A stretch of DNA of 49,492 nucleotides from a virus. The DNA is taken from IMG/VR virus record IMGVR_UViG_3300045988_041301, positions 1 to 49,492 of that record, one strand, 5' to 3'. Made by a program: the position numbers and the translations under genes. Shown here one piece after another: positions 1 to 9,600 of this stretch (position 1 is its first letter; every line of letters starts with the position of its first letter). Under the pieces are notes generated by a model that made no database searches, was not told the origin of the DNA, and worked only from the letters and a program-made list of their open reading frames with translations.

Positions 1-55
1 GACCACTTCTCCGCCTTCGGCGGCATAATAGTAATCGCAGAAGTAGGTATTGCTG
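1..55. repeat. Terminal 55-nt direct repeat, identical to 49438..49492 (circular-assembly overlap)
   Basis: Both ends read gaccacttctccgccttcggcggcataatagtaatcgcagaagtaggtattgctg, 55/55 identical. The minus-strand reading frame is continuous across the junction. Confidence 0.95.
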
Positions 56-1779
56 GACGCTCCGTTTTCTGTGCAGATTTCAATTTCTGGCCATTCCGGA
101 TCGTATCCTAATGTTTTCACATAGCCTTCGGCGGTACCTGCTACATATCCGACTTTGAAATATGAGCCAGTATATACCTTGTCGGCATATGCGCTTCTGT
201 CATTGCAGTAGTAATGCTGATACTTCTGAATGTTATCGCCGTCTCTGAACTGCCACATATTTCCGTACCAGTCTTCGATCCAGAGGAAGCGGATCGCGCT
301 CATTCCGTTTGTTTTGCCCTCTACGCGGCCGTTTGGTGATGCCATTCCGATAGTTGCACCTGTCGGCTGAATAGAAGACCACAGAACGCTGGTTGATGTG
401 ATCGCTACCGGATCGCCGTCGAAATATACGCATACTGCGTTGTCTACTTCAGTGGAGTCTTCGATTTTGGTCACCAGACGGTCTGCTGCCAGGTTCTGGT
501 TCCATAAGCCGGCGCCGATAGAGATTGCCTGTCCGACTGCAAAACGGTTTCCGTAGTCCTTTGCCACAGTGATATAGTTGCCGGTTCTTTCCTGAAGGGC
601 CAGGCCTTTTGTTCCGTCTTCCGGGAACTCCGTACGTCCGGATCCGAGAACGGCCTGCGCGTTGCTGTTTGCGAACATTACCAGGAAGCAGGTATCCAGG
701 AAATGCATAGCCCATACGTCATCGAGGTACCAGTTGCTACCTTTGGCTGTACACAGGGTTCTGAACTGGCCACGTGTCTTATTGTGTGCCGGCACCACTC
801 CTGCTTTAGATTCCAGTTTGTTTCCTTCTGCATTCAGGGAACCAGGGAAGATTGGGATATATACCTTTTCAGAGATTCTGCGATCAGCTCCGTCCGTGAA
901 CAGATGATCTAAGTGAAGGTGTCCGATCGGACCGGAAGAAACAGCTCTGTACTCCCACTTCACACCATCCGCGTCTGTTTCAAACCAGCGGCCGGTGTAT
1001 GTCATTGGCACTTCCAGCATGACGTCTCCGTTTGTACCATCCCACTGGAAGGTTGCGTCTCCAAGGTATGCATTGACTGTTCTGTCTTCTGCCAGGTTAC
1101 ATGGGCGCATTTCACTGAACGGGTAATGACTCATCATGTCATTCTGAACGGTTCCATTTCCGACTGCTGCCTTGCAGATCATGCCGACAGCGTCCCCGAT
1201 ACGTTCCCAAGCGGAAGGGCTGGCGCTGACTTTTCTTCTTACTCCGAGCAGCTCCACCTTGTTGTTTTCGATGATAGTGACTCTTGCTTCCAGAGCTTCC
1301 AGGTCAGCCTGAAGAGCCAGGGCTCCTGCGCTGTTGATAGTTACATTCGCCGCGTTGGAAACTTCCAGGTAGTAACTCATATTGATCACTGACGGAAGCA
1401 CGCCGTTGTACGCTGGCATATAGTCGCTTGTAGATGCTGTCGCGATGGAATACAGGATTTCTCCCTTCTGCGGATCCTGTGCAAAGATACCAAACTCAGT
1501 GATGTCGTATCCAGTGCTCAGGGTTTCTTCTTCACTCTTGTTTGTGATCGCAATCTTTAAGATCACGGTATTCTCCGCATCGCTGATCACCTTATTCTGA
1601 ATCGGGAAGGTCTGTTTCGGATTCTTCAGAGCTGTTCTGCCTTCGATGTTTTCTCCGGAAGAATAGGAGCCGGATCCGGTCTGGGCCTTCGTGATCTGGA
1701 TGCTTGTCTGTCCTGCCTGGGCTTTTGCCAGGAGGGCTTTTCCTGCGGTTGTTAACTTGCTAGGGTTCCACATTAACAT
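1..1779 (-). CDS. Tail fibre / receptor-binding protein, DGR target (first 593 codons). The ORF leaves the window at position 1 and continues at 49437..49321.
   Basis: The minus frame is open from ATG 1779 to nt 1. The start has GGAGG 10 nt upstream and a TAATG overlap with the upstream stop. The ORF is missing from the track because it has no stop inside this end of the window. The N-terminus (TTAGKALLAKAQAGQ) looks like a tail-collar fibre. The C-terminal region (IEDWYGNMWQF ... FCDYYYAAEGG) looks like the C-type-lectin/FGE-like fold typical of DGR targets. Confidence 0.85.
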   Translation of the reverse strand, partial: MLMWNPSKLTTAGKALLAKAQAGQTSIQITKAQTGSGSYSSGENIEGRTALKNPKQTFPIQNKVISDAENTVILKIAITNKSEEETLSTGYDITEFGIFAQDPQKGEILYSIATASTSDYMPAYNGVLPSVINMSYYLEVSNAANVTINSAGALALQADLEALEARVTIIENNKVELLGVRRKVSASPSAWERIGDAVGMICKAAVGNGTVQNDMMSHYPFSEMRPCNLAEDRTVNAYLGDATFQWDGTNGDVMLEVPMTYTGRWFETDADGVKWEYRAVSSGPIGHLHLDHLFTDGADRRISEKVYIPIFPGSLNAEGNKLESKAGVVPAHNKTRGQFRTLCTAKGSNWYLDDVWAMHFLDTCFLVMFANSNAQAVLGSGRTEFPEDGTKGLALQERTGNYITVAKDYGNRFAVGQAISIGAGLWNQNLAADRLVTKIEDSTEVDNAVCVYFDGDPVAITSTSVLWSSIQPTGATIGMASPNGRVEGKTNGMSAIRFLWIEDWYGNMWQFRDGDNIQKYQHYYCNDRSAYADKVYTGSYFKVGYVAGTAEGYVKTLGYDPEWPEIEICTENGASSNTYFCDYYYAAEGGEVV

Positions 1780-2693
1780 TAGTGTTTTTCCTCCTTAATG
1801 AATGATGTGATATTGTAAGCGTCCCCCATCTGGGCGACTGTGGTTACGCTGTGTGCTGCAGCATTGCCTGCAGTCTCATTTGTTACGCAGCTTCGATTGT
1901 CTGTTACGGATCCGAACGCTGCAAGGTGATTTCCTGCCTGGATTCCGGCATCTGCCTGCAGAGTGTTATAAACTTCTGTGCCTCTTGCTTTATCCACGAT
2001 GCCAATAGCTCCCTGACGTCCTGCCTGGGCTGCCTGCACATCTCCAGATGTCGTGTTGAGCACGAAGCTGTCTCTATCTCTCACGCCTGCCGCTGTGGCT
2101 GCGTATACGGTCTGTACAGCCTCATTATCCTCTCGAAGGATATTCAGAACGGTACATTCCTGTACGGCCGTCTGAAAGGCTGCCAGGTGCATTGCTGAGT
2201 GTACATCTCGAACGATGGTAACTTTCCGAATATGAGAGCGGACGTTCTTGGACTTTCGAATCATTGCATTCAACTGTTCGATAATGTCCGGTGTCAGCCT
2301 TGCGGATGTGATGATATCGAAGGTTCCAGGCGTGAACGGTGGTTCGTCATAATTGAACCACTCCACGATTTTTCCGGCTCCGAATACTACACCGACCATC
2401 TCTGCGACGGTTGCCGGTACACCTGCGTAGGTGTACCATTTCAGGGTATTCTTAACGATTTCTCGCTTCCTCTCGATCTCCAGATTCTGTTCGTAGTACA
2501 TGCTTCGCATTTCTACGGCGAAGTAATCCAGGATTTCTTCGTCCAGATCGTCTACATCACTGTAGCACTGAGTTTTATCCGCATATGATTTCAGCTTTTT
2601 AAACTGCTGTTGCAGCGCGTAGCTGAGAGCCTGGATTTCCGGATCCTTTTCCGGCCAGATATCGATGAGACCGCCTTCTGTGAATTTAATCAT
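1779..2693 (-). CDS. Baseplate / tail-fibre attachment protein (P2 gpI-like)
   Basis: 304 aa ORF between baseplate J and the fibre gene. The segment DEEILDYFAVEMRSMYYEQNLEIERKREIVKNTLKWYTYAGVPATV fits the tail protein I pattern. It overlaps both neighbouring genes. Confidence 0.55.
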   Translation of the reverse strand: MIKFTEGGLIDIWPEKDPEIQALSYALQQQFKKLKSYADKTQCYSDVDDLDEEILDYFAVEMRSMYYEQNLEIERKREIVKNTLKWYTYAGVPATVAEMVGVVFGAGKIVEWFNYDEPPFTPGTFDIITSARLTPDIIEQLNAMIRKSKNVRSHIRKVTIVRDVHSAMHLAAFQTAVQECTVLNILREDNEAVQTVYAATAAGVRDRDSFVLNTTSGDVQAAQAGRQGAIGIVDKARGTEVYNTLQADAGIQAGNHLAAFGSVTDNRSCVTNETAGNAAAHSVTTVAQMGDAYNITSFIKEEKH

Positions 2694-3828
2694 CTTCGAT
2701 ACCTCCGTATGTCACGGTCTGGCTTACCAGTTTGGCCACATTGGTTGCTCCGATCACCTGGAAGACTGGCAGCTTGACTTCTACCCTCTTGGCTCCTGCA
2801 GAAACCATCATCTGAATGAGCTGTGAAGGGTTGATGTCTCGGCCGATCTTGCTTCTCTGCCAGATGATATACTGTTCTACCGCCGCGGCCACGTTTGCTT
2901 TGATCGTATCGGCACGCTTTAGGTCGCTGCTGTTGATGTAGTATTTCACATCCAGTTTATAGTCTACTGTGTCCGGAGCTTTGACGGTTACCTTGTCGGT
3001 AAGTGGCCGGATCTGTTCGTCTGCCAGGTAAATCTGCAGGCCCTGGATGATACCTTCCGTTGGAAGTTCTCCGTTCTCTATGATGAATTCAATGATCACT
3101 TCTACCGGGTTATCACTTTTTACCAGAACGTCCGAAATACTTGAATTATAAGTCTTAACCCAGTATCTGTACGCATCCTCCGGGCCGGCTACTGAGTACT
3201 TGGAAGGAGCTATGTACACACGCTCTTTCATGCTGTCATCGTCCTCGATATCAACACCTCCGGCTGTCTTCTCTGTGTTGGCCACGCTGGCCACATAGGG
3301 AATTGGGTTTACCAAGGTATTAATTTCTCCGGGCTGCAGATCGTTTCCTTCGATTCCGGAAGTAAGGCATACGCATTCAACGTCTGCCTTTTCTTCTCCC
3401 GCTTTGATTTCTGCGTACTGTTCCGTCTCGAAGTAGATCTCGCCGTCTGTCACCTGAGTTCCCTGCGGAATCTCTACAGTGTCCGGACGAAGACCTGAAA
3501 GAGTAAAACGCACCATGGTCCTGGCCGGTTTGGCCTGTTCCCTTGCGATTCCCTTCATCGCGGCGGCATGGTCGAGATAGTCTCCGTATGTGTATTTCAG
3601 AAGGTCCATCTTGCCGGCCTTATCAATGTACTTGAATCCTTGGAAAAACTGCACTGCACATGCGTACAGTATCAGGGTTGCCGGATCCGATCTTGCAAGC
3701 ACCAGGTTCTCTCCGGTGATCTCGTTATACTTTTTTTCATAATCACTTTTCAGCTCTGCCTCGATGCTCTCCAGGGTAGTGTTCCCGATAAAACTGACAT
3801 CTGGCAGAATCTCCAGTTCCTTGATCAT
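2686..3828 (-). CDS. Baseplate protein J-like
   Basis: 380 aa. Size, position after the W-like gene and overall sequence pattern match the Baseplate_J family. Confidence 0.75.
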   Translation of the reverse strand: MIKELEILPDVSFIGNTTLESIEAELKSDYEKKYNEITGENLVLARSDPATLILYACAVQFFQGFKYIDKAGKMDLLKYTYGDYLDHAAAMKGIAREQAKPARTMVRFTLSGLRPDTVEIPQGTQVTDGEIYFETEQYAEIKAGEEKADVECVCLTSGIEGNDLQPGEINTLVNPIPYVASVANTEKTAGGVDIEDDDSMKERVYIAPSKYSVAGPEDAYRYWVKTYNSSISDVLVKSDNPVEVIIEFIIENGELPTEGIIQGLQIYLADEQIRPLTDKVTVKAPDTVDYKLDVKYYINSSDLKRADTIKANVAAAVEQYIIWQRSKIGRDINPSQLIQMMVSAGAKRVEVKLPVFQVIGATNVAKLVSQTVTYGGIEDD

Positions 3829-4139
3829 TCTGTATCCCTCCTTTCTATGTAGATTTGTGTTTCAAGAGAGGATTCGTCACCCATCTGGCCAGTTACATTT
3901 GCGATTCCGATTCCTGGGATGAATTTCTCCACTTTCTCCTGAAGGTCCATTGCGAACAGGTTCAGAGTGTCTTCTGGCGTCTGATCCAGGATATCCGGAT
4001 CAAGGCCAAACCCCCGGCTTCCTGGCAGCGTGCCTTCCATGGTGCTTATCAGGCATTGAAGCTGTTCATCGTATTCTTCTAATTCTTCATAGTCTATGTC
4101 TCCGCTGGCTCTGATCGTAGCCAGACCGACGTATGCCAT
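3825..4139 (-). CDS. Baseplate wedge protein (gpW/gp25-like)
   Basis: 104 aa acidic ORF immediately upstream of the J-like gene, overlapping it by 4 nt. Contains an LPGSRGFGLD motif. Confidence 0.6.
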   Translation of the reverse strand: MAYVGLATIRASGDIDYEELEEYDEQLQCLISTMEGTLPGSRGFGLDPDILDQTPEDTLNLFAMDLQEKVEKFIPGIGIANVTGQMGDESSLETQIYIERRDTE

Positions 4140-4151
4140 ATGCTCGCCTCC

Positions 4152-4952
4152 TTATGTGTATTCCACAAAAGTGAGATTTACGGTTGCTCTCACCAGCTCG
4201 CCCTTGTTCCAGATTTCGTCCCAGGTCTCTGAACAGGAAGATATATACATCTTCCGTCCGCCAACGAATTTCCCGCCGATCACAAGCCAGTTTACTGTTC
4301 CGGCCTTGATGGCTTTTTCTATCGTGCCGAGCATCGCTCGTGGCTTTACCCCGCATTCTGCAGATAGAACTACGGTCATTGTTGTCTCTGGAGCATTCTG
4401 CCCTACGAATTCTGATTTCGGAGCTTTTCCAAGTATCTTGTGCTGTTCCCATCTGGCACTCACTGACCGCTTCATGTTGTGCGGTGTCAGAATCTTGCTT
4501 GAACTTACAGAGAAAACGATGGTCTCACCAAAGTTCCCGATCTTGCTTTTCTTCTTGATCTTATTGTTGTATGCTTCGACCTTCTTTTTCTGCTGAAGCT
4601 TTTTCAACTCCGCTTCCTTTTTCTTTTTAAGAGCCAGCTGCTGCGCCTTGGTCAGCTTACTTTTATTACTCGGCTTTTTCTTGTTGTTCTTAGAATTCTT
4701 GCTGTTCAACGCTGATTTTGCGACCGATTTCTTTACATTACCGGTCTTTGTTACATACGTTTTATAAACATATCCGTAAGAACTGCTGCTGAACTTGATA
4801 TAGTACCAGCTTCCGGAAGTATCGCAGATATTGACTGAAGTTCCTTTTGGAAGGGTCTTTATTACTTTGTAGTTGGTTCCAGCTCCATTCCGGACATTTA
4901 GGCCGCTGTTCGCATTGACCTTACCTGTCCATTTCGGTGTCTTGCTTGGCAT
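4152..4952 (-). CDS. Tail protein: N-terminal SH3b-like domain, Lys-rich linker and P2 gpU-like C-terminal domain
   Basis: The N-terminus (GKVNANSGLNVRNGAGTNYKVIKTLPKGTSVNICDTSGSWYYIKF) is a bacterial SH3 pattern. About 70 aa of K-rich linker follow. The C-terminal 125 aa follow the gpU tail-protein pattern (RWEQHKILGKAPKSEFVG ... VNLTFVEY). Confidence 0.55.
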   Translation of the reverse strand: MPSKTPKWTGKVNANSGLNVRNGAGTNYKVIKTLPKGTSVNICDTSGSWYYIKFSSSSYGYVYKTYVTKTGNVKKSVAKSALNSKNSKNNKKKPSNKSKLTKAQQLALKKKKEAELKKLQQKKKVEAYNNKIKKKSKIGNFGETIVFSVSSSKILTPHNMKRSVSARWEQHKILGKAPKSEFVGQNAPETTMTVVLSAECGVKPRAMLGTIEKAIKAGTVNWLVIGGKFVGGRKMYISSCSETWDEIWNKGELVRATVNLTFVEYT

Positions 4953-4964
4953 AGAAACACCTCC

Positions 4965-5378
4965 TTACAGGCTGTCGAGCTTGGCTTTCATGGACAGCAG
5001 CTGTGCCACTGTAATGGCTCCTGAAGAACAGGTGAGGCGTACAGCAGGCCCTTTTAAATCTACCGTTCCATCTTTGAACTGTGTGTAAGCCTTCCCAGGC
5101 GTTCTGGATAGCTCCTTCCTGTAGACGTCTTTTCCGGATACCTGCGGCTTATTGTCTTCGTTCCAATACGGCCCAAGGACAACTCCCAGAGCGGAGCCGT
5201 TCGACAGATGCAGAACCAGGACGTCATCTCCGATGCCCGGCATCTTATATTCATCGTTAAATGAAAGCACCGGGAACGGATCTGTTACCGCATCGTCCCG
5301 ATCCGGATAGGTAACTTCGATCGTGCCTTCCTTGTAGTTAATTTTGGATACGCATCCGACTCTGATTAAATCTGACAT
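4965..5378 (-). CDS. Baseplate spike / assembly protein V-like
   Basis: I place the start at ATG 5378 (AGGAGG upstream) rather than the track start at 5414. The sequence MSDLIRVGCVSKINYKEGTIEVTYPDRDD is OB-fold-like, as in gpV. Confidence 0.6.
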   Translation of the reverse strand: MSDLIRVGCVSKINYKEGTIEVTYPDRDDAVTDPFPVLSFNDEYKMPGIGDDVLVLHLSNGSALGVVLGPYWNEDNKPQVSGKDVYRKELSRTPGKAYTQFKDGTVDLKGPAVRLTCSSGAITVAQLLSMKAKLDSL

Positions 5379-5389
5379 ATATCCTCCTT

Positions 5390-6421
5390 CTAAATTGCAA
5401 TACGTTTTTTGCATTTATGCAGCGTGATCTCCTGCTTGGTCCTGCTGTCTGAAATGATCACCCTGACTTCATCAACGTAATATTTCCCGTTCGCTTTTCC
5501 AAGATCAGCTATGTTGACGGTTACGCCTGCTACTACTTTCGGATTGTAAAAGATCGTACCGGTGAGGACTGTTGCTTCCTCGTTCGCCTGGTTGATCTGT
5601 GCTGCAGCTTTGCGTTTTGCCTCAGATAAACTGTCGCACTGTTCGTTGATCCGGAGGATACGGCTGCCTTTTGCAGTTTCTTTCTTCAGACCAACATAGG
5701 CACTAAGCGCTTTCTGATTCTTACTGGCCGACTTATAAGTTATCCGGCAGCCAGTGTATGTGCCTTCCAGGGTGTCTGAATAGTCCCAGTCATCGTCTAC
5801 GAAGTTGTTCCGGTGTATGGTCGTTACTGCTTTCTTTTTTTCGTATCTTCCCTTATCAAAAATGATGATCTTATTCCGGAAGACCTTCATGGAAAGCCCG
5901 TAATCCTTTACGAGATCATACAAAAATGCAGAGTCTGTCTTTTTGCTCTGTTCCACAGATGTGATCTGAATGCTTGATGCTACATAACTCAGCCCGATCT
6001 TGTACCGCTTTGCGATCTCCGCTGCAATCTGTTTTATAGTTACTTTTTTCCAGGTCTTTGTTCTCTCCCGGACTTTAAAAGATGAATTTGACGGAATAGC
6101 CAGCCCCTGCATGGTAGCCTCCAGGGGGCCTCCGCTGAATTTGACGGTATCAAGAACAAAGGATCCACAGCTGAGGACTTTGTTCTGCCCATCTGCCAGC
6201 CAGTTCTTAAACGTGAGCTTCGCGCTTACCTTGTCTCCTTTTGCTGGGTACCAGGAGCCGATCCACTTCATGTCCACATTGTGCAGTGTAAGGTCTAAAG
6301 AGTCACTGGATCCGGATGCCACGTCCGCATAAGTCAGGGACTTAATATAGTTCGCCATGCTCGTTTTCGCTCTTTTCCCGTTGAATGACAGGCTGACCGC
6401 GACTTGCCTTGGGTTACTCAT
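5390..6421 (-). CDS. Tail protein D (late control gene D family)
   Basis: 343 aa counted from the internal ATG at 6421, which overlaps the stop of the X-like gene. Position and length match P2 gpD. Confidence 0.7.
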   Translation of the reverse strand: MSNPRQVAVSLSFNGKRAKTSMANYIKSLTYADVASGSSDSLDLTLHNVDMKWIGSWYPAKGDKVSAKLTFKNWLADGQNKVLSCGSFVLDTVKFSGGPLEATMQGLAIPSNSSFKVRERTKTWKKVTIKQIAAEIAKRYKIGLSYVASSIQITSVEQSKKTDSAFLYDLVKDYGLSMKVFRNKIIIFDKGRYEKKKAVTTIHRNNFVDDDWDYSDTLEGTYTGCRITYKSASKNQKALSAYVGLKKETAKGSRILRINEQCDSLSEAKRKAAAQINQANEEATVLTGTIFYNPKVVAGVTVNIADLGKANGKYYVDEVRVIISDSRTKQEITLHKCKKRIAI

Positions 6422-6671
6422 CGGCTTCTTCCTCCTCTTCGTCGTATTCATATTCATCTTCGCTGTCGTCCTGCCTCCAGAACGGCATATCTTCATCTAC
6501 TTCTTCAGGTATTTCCTCCGGCACCTGAATAACAGTGCCGGCCGAAAATACGAGAACGTCCAGGAGGTCAAGGTTAGCATCCATCAGGATTCCCATGTAT
6601 CCCTCGCTTCCGAACAGATCGTATGCGATTGAATCCCATGTGTCGCCCTGACTTGTTACATAGATGTCCAC
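6414..6671 (-). CDS. Tail protein X-like (LysM-type) with acidic tail
   Basis: YVTSQGDTWDSIAYDLFGSEGYMGILMDAN is a LysM-like gpX pattern. The gene lies directly after the tape measure gene. Confidence 0.65.
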   Translation of the reverse strand: MDIYVTSQGDTWDSIAYDLFGSEGYMGILMDANLDLLDVLVFSAGTVIQVPEEIPEEVDEDMPFWRQDDSEDEYEYDEEEEEADE

Positions 6672-6683
6672 GTTTTTCCTCCT

Positions 6684-9600
6684 TTACGCAAATGATACCC
6701 TGCCCTTATTTCTAAGGTATTCCTTCATCATCTTCTCAAACTCCCTCTGGCTCATGCGGTTTGCATCCTGGATGTCTTTCTTATCCGGGGCGTCCCCGTT
6801 GAACTGATAGGTTGGACTGAATACGAAGGTAGGGTTTGGATCCTTCGGATTTCCCTTCGGATCATTGTTCTGTGTTCCGCTTAAGTCGTGAATAGTTTCC
6901 CTGATCACTGAACTCCTGTTGAACGTCGGCATCTCCAGGCTTTTTGTTCCTGGTGACGCTGCATCCTGAATCGGGGCTGCCAGTGACCGCTGTGCTTCTG
7001 CCTGAATAGCTCCACGCATTCCCTGCATACCAACAACAAGACCCTGTCCGGTGAATTTACCGGATTCCACCATAACCCTTGAAGGTGAGTGAATCTTCAG
7101 GGCGCTGTTGACTGCTGCCGATGCTGCACTGGCTATGCTGGCCGCTGCTGCCATAACGGATCCCCGCATTGCGTTGATACCGTTTACCAGACCGGACATC
7201 ATGTTCACACCTGCACTGTACAGGCTGATTCCAGCAAAGGCTCCGTAGATACCACTGGCGGTGCTTTGTGCGATTCCGAGTGCCTGACTGCATCCGCTGC
7301 TTACTGCAGATACGAGCTGACTCATTCCGGATTGAACTGCAGATACTACCATCGCCATTCCAGACTGCGTGATACTTACAGCCTGGCTGGTTGATGACTG
7401 GACGGCAGATGTTGCCGTTGTGCATCCAGCTGTCACTGTTGCCTGGATCTGCGTAGCTCCGGCAGTAATGGTCGCCGTCATGGTAGTTACAGTTGCCGTT
7501 GTGATCGTGCCGCACTGTGTCATGCTGGTTGTGACAGCTGTCGTGATCAGCGTGAAGGATGCGGTCGATACCGTACCCATGCTGGTGAATCCCGTCTGAA
7601 GAGTGGTCCTCATCGTCGTGATTCCGGTCTGCATGGCCGTCTGCATAAGTGTCATTCCCATCTGCACCGAAGTGCTCCAGGATGTCGTGCTGGTCGTGAT
7701 ACTTGACTGCACGCTTGTCAGCTGTGATGTGATCGTCGCTGATAAACCAGTAAATCCGGTTCCCATGCTCTCCATTGACGTCTTAGCTTCTTCGATACTG
7801 GACTGCAGCGCCTGGACTGCTGAATTGGCCGCCTCAATGGCCGAAGTGTCAACCTGAACGGTCATCTGCTGCGGTTGTGCGCTGGTATTTACCGTCGGCG
7901 CAGAAACTTCTGCAGACTTGCCGCCGCCTGTGATTGCGTCCCAGATACCTCCGAAGAAATCCTTCACTCCCTCCCAGGCACCTTTCACCGCTTCAGCTGC
8001 TGCCGAAGCTCCGGACTTCAGGGTTTCCCAGCCTGCGTCCAGCAGGGAACCGAGACCGTCTCCGATTCCGGATATAGCTGTCGTCATGGCGCTGAATCCG
8101 CCCTGGATCAGTCCTGGCATTGCATCAGCTGCTGCCGAAGCTGCAGACTTCAATGCTTCCCAGCCTGCATCCAGAAGTGAACCAAGAGTTCCGCCTACTG
8201 TCGTGATCGCTGAACCGAGGGCGCTTAATCCTCCGGATACCGCACCAGGCAGCGCATCAACTGCGGCAGAGGCTGCTGTCTTCAGTGCCTCCCAGCCTGC
8301 GTCTAAAAGTGAACCCAGGGTACTTCCTACCGCTGAAATCGCAGTTCCGAGGGCACTTAATCCTCCAGCTACAAGTCCCGGCAGGGCATCAACTGCGGCC
8401 GAAGCTGCAGATTTCAAAAGCTCCCATCCTGAATCCAAAAGTGAACCCAGGGTACTTCCAATTCCGGTTATGACGGATTGCATCATGCTTAATCCGCCGC
8501 TGATCAGTCCCGGAAGGGCACCGGCAGCAGCTGAAGCTGCGCCTTTGATCGTCTCCCAGGCTCCGGACCAGTTCCCATGGATCACATCCATTACAACCGA
8601 TATGATTCCCTGAATAATCGAAAGGCCGCCCTGAATCACAGATGAGATTCCGGACCATACGGTACTTGCTACGTTCTTGATGCTGTCCCAGGATACCTGC
8701 CAGTCAACTCCGATCAGGCTTAAAAATGCGTTGATCACTCCGCAGATTGTAGAACCTACAGTGTTAATCACATTCAGGATAAAGTTCCAGACAGACGACG
8801 TGATCGTCTGGATTCCCTGCATGGCGCCCGACCAGTCTCCACGAATGATCGAGGCTATGGTCTGAATGATTCCGGATATAACTCCGGTTACTGCTGATAT
8901 AGTGTCTGCGATCAGCTGGAATGCTCCGATAAATACCGGTGCCAGCAGACTGCAGAATCCATTCCAGGCTGCTGATAGCACCTGAGTGATATTCTGAAAG
9001 TTAAAACCTAACCCATTCAGGGTTGAAACGATACCCTGACCGAAGCTGCTTATCGTACTCGTGATCTGGTTCCAGATGCCTGTGATGGCACTCCGGAAGC
9101 CTTCATTCGTGTTCCATAAATGAATAAAAGCAGCAGTCAGTACCGCGATGGCTGCGACTGCGATTCCTGCAGGCGATGCGATAGCCTTGAACATACCGCC
9201 GATCTTTCCGAGCCCGCCTTTGGCCAGTGATACGACTGCATTCTTCATTCCTCCTGAATCAATCACGAACTGCTTCGCAATCGACGGGAAGTTTGTCAGC
9301 ACCTGAAAAGCTGTTCCGGCTTTAGAGCCGAGACCCTTCAGTGCCGGTGCAAATGCCTTCACCGCGCTGGTTGCTTTATTGAACACCGGAGCGATCTTCG
9401 CTCCAATCAGGATTAACGGTGCAAATGCCGCCACACCCTGTGAAAGGCTTGCGGTTCCGTTACCGAGGTCTGTGAAGAAGTTGCTTACTCCATCCATGAG
9501 ACCCTGACCGATTGACTGCGCCAGCGTAAGTCCTGCCTGCAGTAATCTCGGCGCCGCCTGGACGATTGCGTCCATGATCTTGCTGATAGCTTCTTCCGTT

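Noticed and set aside
1-55. Terminal direct repeat considered as a biological DTR, LTR or att duplication
   Set aside because: The repeat lies inside a continuous coding frame and is exactly 55 nt, a typical assembler k-mer overlap. A circular-contig artefact is the most economical reading. The true ends are probably a cos site elsewhere.
233-1392. Track ORFs within the first 1.8 kb (233..433, 449..715, 662..907, 703..912, 913..1392)
   Set aside because: All of them overlap the uninterrupted 593-codon minus-strand tail-fibre frame. That frame has a proper RBS and start and continues across the circular junction.
7975-8620. Regular 132-bp tandem repeats considered as a CRISPR-like or VNTR array
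   Set aside because: There are no unique spacers. The repeats are contiguous, in frame and encode a 44-aa repeat of the tape measure protein.
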